Below are positions 59,888 to 64,000 of a DNA stretch of 64,000 nt, in pieces. The DNA is from an uncultured Candidatus Rokubacteria bacterium (GTDB lineage: Bacteria; Methylomirabilota; Methylomirabilia; Rokubacteriales; CSP1-6): positions 544,001 through 608,000 of the forward strand of contig CAVWFS010000018.1 in the NCBI GenBank assembly GCA_963754315.1, written 5' to 3'. The notes below the pieces were generated by a model that was not told the origin of the DNA, made no database searches, and saw only the letters and a program-made list of their open reading frames with translations. Position numbers and translations under genes: made by a program. The first letter of the stretch is position 1. Every line of letters starts with the position of its first letter.

Positions 59888-61108
59888 CTATGTGGTGTCA
59901 GCGAAGACCGTCTGGGCGGCTGCCACCCCGGCTCCGAGCTGGCCCTTCGCTCCGAGGTCACGCAAGGCCAGCTCCAGCGCGGACAGGGTGGGCAACACGT
60001 AGAGGGGACTGGCGGTGACCCCCATGGTTCCGATACGCAGGGTGATGGTCCTGATCTCGGCGAGACCGGTCCCGATAAGGATGCCGTAATGGTCGCGCAT
60101 GCGGCTGACCACCTCGGCCGGCTCGATCCCTTTGGGTGTCCTCACGCACGACACGGTGTTGGACAGGATGGCTGCGTCCGGGAACATCTCGAGCCCCATG
60201 GCCGTGAGCCCCGCGCGAAGGGCGGTGGCGGCCACCTGGTGCCGACGGACGCGGTGGGGCATTCCCTCATTGAGGATGAGACGGACGGCTTCGCGCATGG
60301 CGGCTGTGAGATGGGTCGGGATCGAGACGGGTTGGCGACGCGACGCCCCATCGGGCACCTTGCCGCCTCGCGATTCGGGGATCCACCACTCGCGCCACAA
60401 GAGTAGATCGTAGGCTCGGGTGGCCGGCTTGCTCTTGCGGGACTCCATGGCCTCCCATGCACGGGCGCTCACGGAAGCGAGAGCAAGGCCGAGAGGGGCG
60501 GCCAGGCACTTCTGCGAACCGGTCAGGTTGAGGTCAACCCCCCATTCATCGGTGCGGACGTCGAGACCGGCGATGGACGATACCGTATCGAGCATGAAGA
60601 GGGCTCCCACCCGGCGAGCGAGAGCTCCGACGTCAGCCGCCGGATAGGTGGTGCCGGTTGACGTCTCGTTGTGCACGAGGGTAATTGCCTTCGGCCGCAC
60701 GCGCTCGGCCTCACGGGTGAGCCGGTCGAGATCGAGACGAGCCCCGAGCTCTACCGTGAACTCGGTGACGGCCGCCCCCAGCCGGGTCATGATCTCGCGC
60801 ATGAGGAGGCCGAACTGCCCAGCCACCACCACGAGGACCGGATCACCGGACTCGATGACCGACGCTGCTCCCGCCTCCAGGGCCGTGCGGCCAGAACCCG
60901 GCAAAAGGATGACCTCGCTCCGGGTCTGGAACACGTCGCGCAGGGCCAAGGTCGTCGGCTCCAGGATCCCCTCGTCGAAACTCTGATCGTACTGGATGAT
61001 GGGCGGCTGGTTCATCGCCTGGATGACCGAATGGGGAATCTCGGTGGGGCCTGGAATCATGAGGACTGGGCGGCCGTGGGGCACGGCCCAGTTGAGTGGT
61101 GGTGACAC
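59888..61108 (-). CDS. Alanine/serine-glyoxylate aminotransferase family (class V)
   Basis: LMIPGPT, VHNETSTG, DTVSS, GSQKCL, LRIGTMG; GTG 61108 with RBS. Confidence 0.9.
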   Translation of the reverse strand: MSPPLNWAVPHGRPVLMIPGPTEIPHSVIQAMNQPPIIQYDQSFDEGILEPTTLALRDVFQTRSEVILLPGSGRTALEAGAASVIESGDPVLVVVAGQFGLLMREIMTRLGAAVTEFTVELGARLDLDRLTREAERVRPKAITLVHNETSTGTTYPAADVGALARRVGALFMLDTVSSIAGLDVRTDEWGVDLNLTGSQKCLAAPLGLALASVSARAWEAMESRKSKPATRAYDLLLWREWWIPESRGGKVPDGASRRQPVSIPTHLTAAMREAVRLILNEGMPHRVRRHQVAATALRAGLTAMGLEMFPDAAILSNTVSCVRTPKGIEPAEVVSRMRDHYGILIGTGLAEIRTITLRIGTMGVTASPLYVLPTLSALELALRDLGAKGQLGAGVAAAQTVFADTT

Positions 61109-61227
61109 GATCGTCCCTTCCTTTCCGCTGTCCGGCCGTCCCCTGTCGGGGCGCCGCGTGGCATCAGCGTAGCTCAGTTCACCAGTGAGCGGAAGGGCCT
61201 CGGCCGTGACAGCCGGCATCAGGTACG

Positions 61228-61584
61228 TCAGGCCTTCTCGGTGAACATGGCGCGCAGCACCGAGTATGCCCGGCGGATGTCGGCGGGCCGCCGCCGCCCC
61301 GCGATGAGCGCGAAGACCTTCTGGGCCTCGTGACTGGGAACCGCCTTCTGTCGTTCCGCGTGAACGTCGGTCAGCTCTCGGAGCGGAATGTCGAGAGCCA
61401 CCGAGACATGGTAGAGGCTGTCCACGGAGATGGACTTCTCGCCACGCTCGACCTCGCCGATGAACTTTCCGCTGAGCCGCGAACGCTGCCCGAGCCGCTC
61501 CTGGCTCAGCCCCCGCTCCTTGCGCAGCGCCCGCAAGCGCTCACCGAGGAACTTCCTGACGTGCTTGACTGCTCGTTCCGTCAC
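61228..61584 (-). CDS. XRE family HTH regulator
   Basis: LGERLRALRKERGLSQERLG...IGEVERGEKSISV. Confidence 0.9.
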   Translation of the reverse strand: MTERAVKHVRKFLGERLRALRKERGLSQERLGQRSRLSGKFIGEVERGEKSISVDSLYHVSVALDIPLRELTDVHAERQKAVPSHEAQKVFALIAGRRRPADIRRAYSVLRAMFTEKA

Positions 61585-61738
61585 AACCTATCTCCCATGC
61601 GTACGGGCCCGCGGGCATCGGAGCGCGCGCGGTGGTGCCCGCCGCGAAACAGGGTTACGCGAGCGGCTCGGTTCCGCCGCCCGGGATGGTTGGCAGTACT
61701 ACGGTATCCTCCGGGCTCGTGACCGTGTGGCGGCGCCA

Positions 61739-62047
61739 TCACGGCAGATCTACCTCCACTGCATCGTCAGTCACCCGCACTGCGAACACCGCGATATTCA
61801 GCTGAGGGTCGACCCGGCAGTGTCCCGTTTCGAGATCGAAATCGAAGCCATGCCAGGGACACACGACGGCATCGCCCTCCAGCCACCCCTCGGCGAGGGG
61901 GCCGTCCTCGTGTGGACAGACGCCCCCACAGGCATAGAAGCGACCGTTCCCCCCGTTGAACACGGCGAGGCTGAGACCCTCAGCCTCCACGGAGAGCCCT
62001 TGACCCGCGGGAATGTCACTGGGCGACGCGACCCGTCGAAAGGGCAT
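61739..62047 (-). CDS. Rieske [2Fe-2S] ferredoxin
   Basis: CPH...CPWHG. Confidence 0.92.
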   Translation of the reverse strand: MPFRRVASPSDIPAGQGLSVEAEGLSLAVFNGGNGRFYACGGVCPHEDGPLAEGWLEGDAVVCPWHGFDFDLETGHCRVDPQLNIAVFAVRVTDDAVEVDLP

Positions 62048-62664
62048 CAGCGTTTCCTGGCCAGGGCTTCGTCAATGACACGCCGGAACGCCTCCACTGA
62101 CTGGGCTCCAACCAGCATCTGCCCGTTGACGATGAACGTCGGCGTACCGCGAACACCGAGCGCCCGTCCTTGCGAGACATCGGCTTCCACGGTGGCGGCG
62201 AACGTGCGAGCTTCCAGGCACTGCGCGAACTGCCGCCTGTCGAGGCCTACCTCGTCCGCGTAACGCATGAGGTCCTCGCGCTCGAAGCGCGGTTGCGCCT
62301 CGAAGAGGCGATCGCGATAGGGCCAGAACCGCCCGCCCTGGGCGGCACAGCGGGCTGCCTCGTGCGCGGGACGAGCCAGGCTATGTGAGGCGAGAGGAAA
62401 ATCTTTCACGACCAGACGTACCTGTCCATCATACTCTTGCACCACTTGGGCCAGCGACCGCTGGACCCGTCGGCAATGAGGTCACTGGAAGTCGGAAAAC
62501 TCCACGATCGTCACCGGCGCCCCCGCCGACCCCTTGGTCATGGCAGGGTCCACGGTCAGGTTCACCTGGCCGTCGGCGCGGGCACCCACCGCCAGGAGAA
62601 GGACGATGAGGAGACTATAGTAGACTCGCGAGCGACGCTGGAGTGCTGCCGGTCCACGATTCAC
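62047..62664 (-). CDS. DsbA-family thioredoxin-fold selenoprotein (UPHC active site)
   Basis: Two ORF-track pieces are in one frame joined by a single TGA (62482-62484): EFSDFQ-U-PHC; GVRGTPTF cis-Pro loop; signal/TM segment. Confidence 0.88.
62448..62468 (-). promoter_or_regulatory. Candidate bacterial SECIS hairpin
   Basis: 13 nt 3' of the UGA: GGG-U(bulge)-CCAGC-GGUC-GCUGG-CCC. Confidence 0.75.
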
Positions 62665-62725
62665 TGACGACAGAATACGCCGCGCCCGAGCCGCGCGCAA
62701 CGGTCGTAGGGGGAGTTGAGCGGGC

Positions 62726-63097
62726 ATGGGTTTCCTCATTCGCGTCCTCATTAACGCCGCCGCCATCTACGTGGCAACCACCCTGGTGTCGGGTTTCCGC
62801 GTTTCCACCACCGCCACGTTGCTGCTCGCGGCGCTGGTCCTCGCCGTCATCAATGCGGCCGTGCGCCCGATCATGGTGGTTCTCACCCTGCCCCTCACCG
62901 TGCTCAGCTTGGGTCTCTTCCTTCTCGTCCTCAACGCGATCTGCCTGTGGCTGGTGACAGTGCTGGTGCCGGGTGTCGAGGTACGGTCCTTCGGCGCCGC
63001 CTTCTTGAGCGCGCTGATCATCTCGATCGTGAGCTGGGTGCTGTCCATGGTCGTGGGAGGCCTCGACCGGAGCGCCAAAACCTCCCGCCGCGCGTAG
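62726..63097 (+). CDS. YvlD/phage-holin-family 4-TM membrane protein
   Basis: INAAVRPIMVVLTLPLTVLSLGLFLLVLNA...FGAAFLSALIIS. Confidence 0.88.
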   Translation: MGFLIRVLINAAAIYVATTLVSGFRVSTTATLLLAALVLAVINAAVRPIMVVLTLPLTVLSLGLFLLVLNAICLWLVTVLVPGVEVRSFGAAFLSALIISIVSWVLSMVVGGLDRSAKTSRRA

Positions 63098-63251
63098 CGC
63101 TCGAGGAATGCGGCGCGCTTCTCGTCGTGCCCTAGGGTGATGATGCGATGGTCGGCGCCGTCCGCCAGTCATCGTATGCCTCGGCTCGTCCGCCGTGTAT
63201 AGTGAGAGCGCTATGGCTCGGCTCGTGTACGAACTCTGGAGGACCCGACGC

Positions 63252-63893
63252 ATGAAGCAGGCCGACCCCACCCAGGCGGAGCGCATTCCCCCAGGCCAGG
63301 TGCTGACCACGAAGTGGCCCGTGCTGACCTATGGCCGCGCGCCACGTTTCGACGCCGCGCGCTGGACGTTTCGGTGTTTCGGTCTGGTGGAGAAGGAAGT
63401 TCAGTGGACGTGGACGGAGTTTCTCGCACTTCCTCGCGTGCGCCTGACCTCCGATATTCACTGCGTGACCCGATGGTCCAGGCTCGACAACGAGTGGGAG
63501 GGCGTCCATGTCCGCGAGATCATGAAGCACGTCACGCCCTTGCCGGAGGCCACATGGGTGCTCCAGCACGCGGATCCCGACTACACCACCAACATCTCGT
63601 TGGCCGACCTCGTCGACGACGACGTCATCCTTGCCCTCAAGCATAACGGACGCGATCTCGCGCCTGAGCACGGCGGCCCGATGCGTCTGGTCGTCCCGAA
63701 GCTCTATTTCTGGAAGAGTGCCAAGTGGTTGCGCGGCTTCGAGTTCCTGGATGTCAATGCCCCCGGGTTTTGGGAGCAGAACGGGTACCACATGCACGGT
63801 GATCCGTGGAAGGACGAGCGGTACTCCGACCAGGAAACGCGCGCCATGCAGCAGATGCGAGCCGAGGCCGCGCGCAAGCTCCGCGAGAGGTAA
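63252..63893 (+). CDS. Sulfite oxidase-like molybdopterin oxidoreductase
   Basis: PPGQ...KWPVL, DIHCVTRWS, HGGPMRLVVP...WKSAKW, GFWEQNGYH; GGAGG RBS before ATG 63252. Confidence 0.9.
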   Translation: MKQADPTQAERIPPGQVLTTKWPVLTYGRAPRFDAARWTFRCFGLVEKEVQWTWTEFLALPRVRLTSDIHCVTRWSRLDNEWEGVHVREIMKHVTPLPEATWVLQHADPDYTTNISLADLVDDDVILALKHNGRDLAPEHGGPMRLVVPKLYFWKSAKWLRGFEFLDVNAPGFWEQNGYHMHGDPWKDERYSDQETRAMQQMRAEAARKLRER

Positions 63894-64000
63894 CGAGACC
63901 GGGATCTCCCGGTCAGACCCGTCCACGTTCGATCATCACCGCCATGGGCCACGATCACCATGCGGACGGTCGGCACCCGCGGCGCGCTCTGTTGGGCGCG

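Noticed and set aside
62726..63097. Prophage inferred from the holin-family gene
   Set aside because: YvlD-type proteins are common chromosomal genes, and there are no phage genes nearby.
63894..64000. 3' end of a minus-strand gene at the window edge
   Set aside because: Too little sequence and an ambiguous frame.

Overview
A GC-rich (roughly 65-70% by eye), gene-dense bacterial chromosomal window. It holds about 65 CDSs, and I found no rRNA, tRNA, CRISPR array, prophage or transposase. OprB porins and a GT9 glycosyltransferase point to a diderm. The gene mix resembles Candidatus Rokubacteria/Methylomirabilota (inference only). Main blocks: sugar uptake (fbp-glk, two oprB); a c-di-GMP cyclase/phosphodiesterase pair; tusA plus an IscS-like gene whose PLP lysine is replaced by Asp; an F420 biosynthesis/utilisation cluster; mnmG; a GlrK/QseG/GlrR-like kinase-lipoprotein-hybrid kinase-sigma54 activator block upstream of glnK-amtB-glnA and an ANTAR regulator; phoBR-like genes; an unannotated hemP plus DUF151 gene; a copper module; vapBC next to a deletion scar with palindromic repeats; a CyaC-like cyclase; trpB2; sodC; a Ski2-like helicase; ggt; an FAD/Fe-S oxidase; a ubiD operon; and a DsbA-like protein with an in-frame UGA at the CxxC cysteine followed by a SECIS-like hairpin. 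About a dozen frameshifts across eight otherwise intact genes suggest long-read assembly errors. The strongest leads are the nitrogen/envelope sigma54 cascade with two complete enhancer-IHF-(-24/-12) promoters, the DsbA selenoprotein, the Lys-less IscS-TusA pair, the hemP-DUF151 operon under a DtxR-type box, and palindromic repeats embedded in coding sequence.
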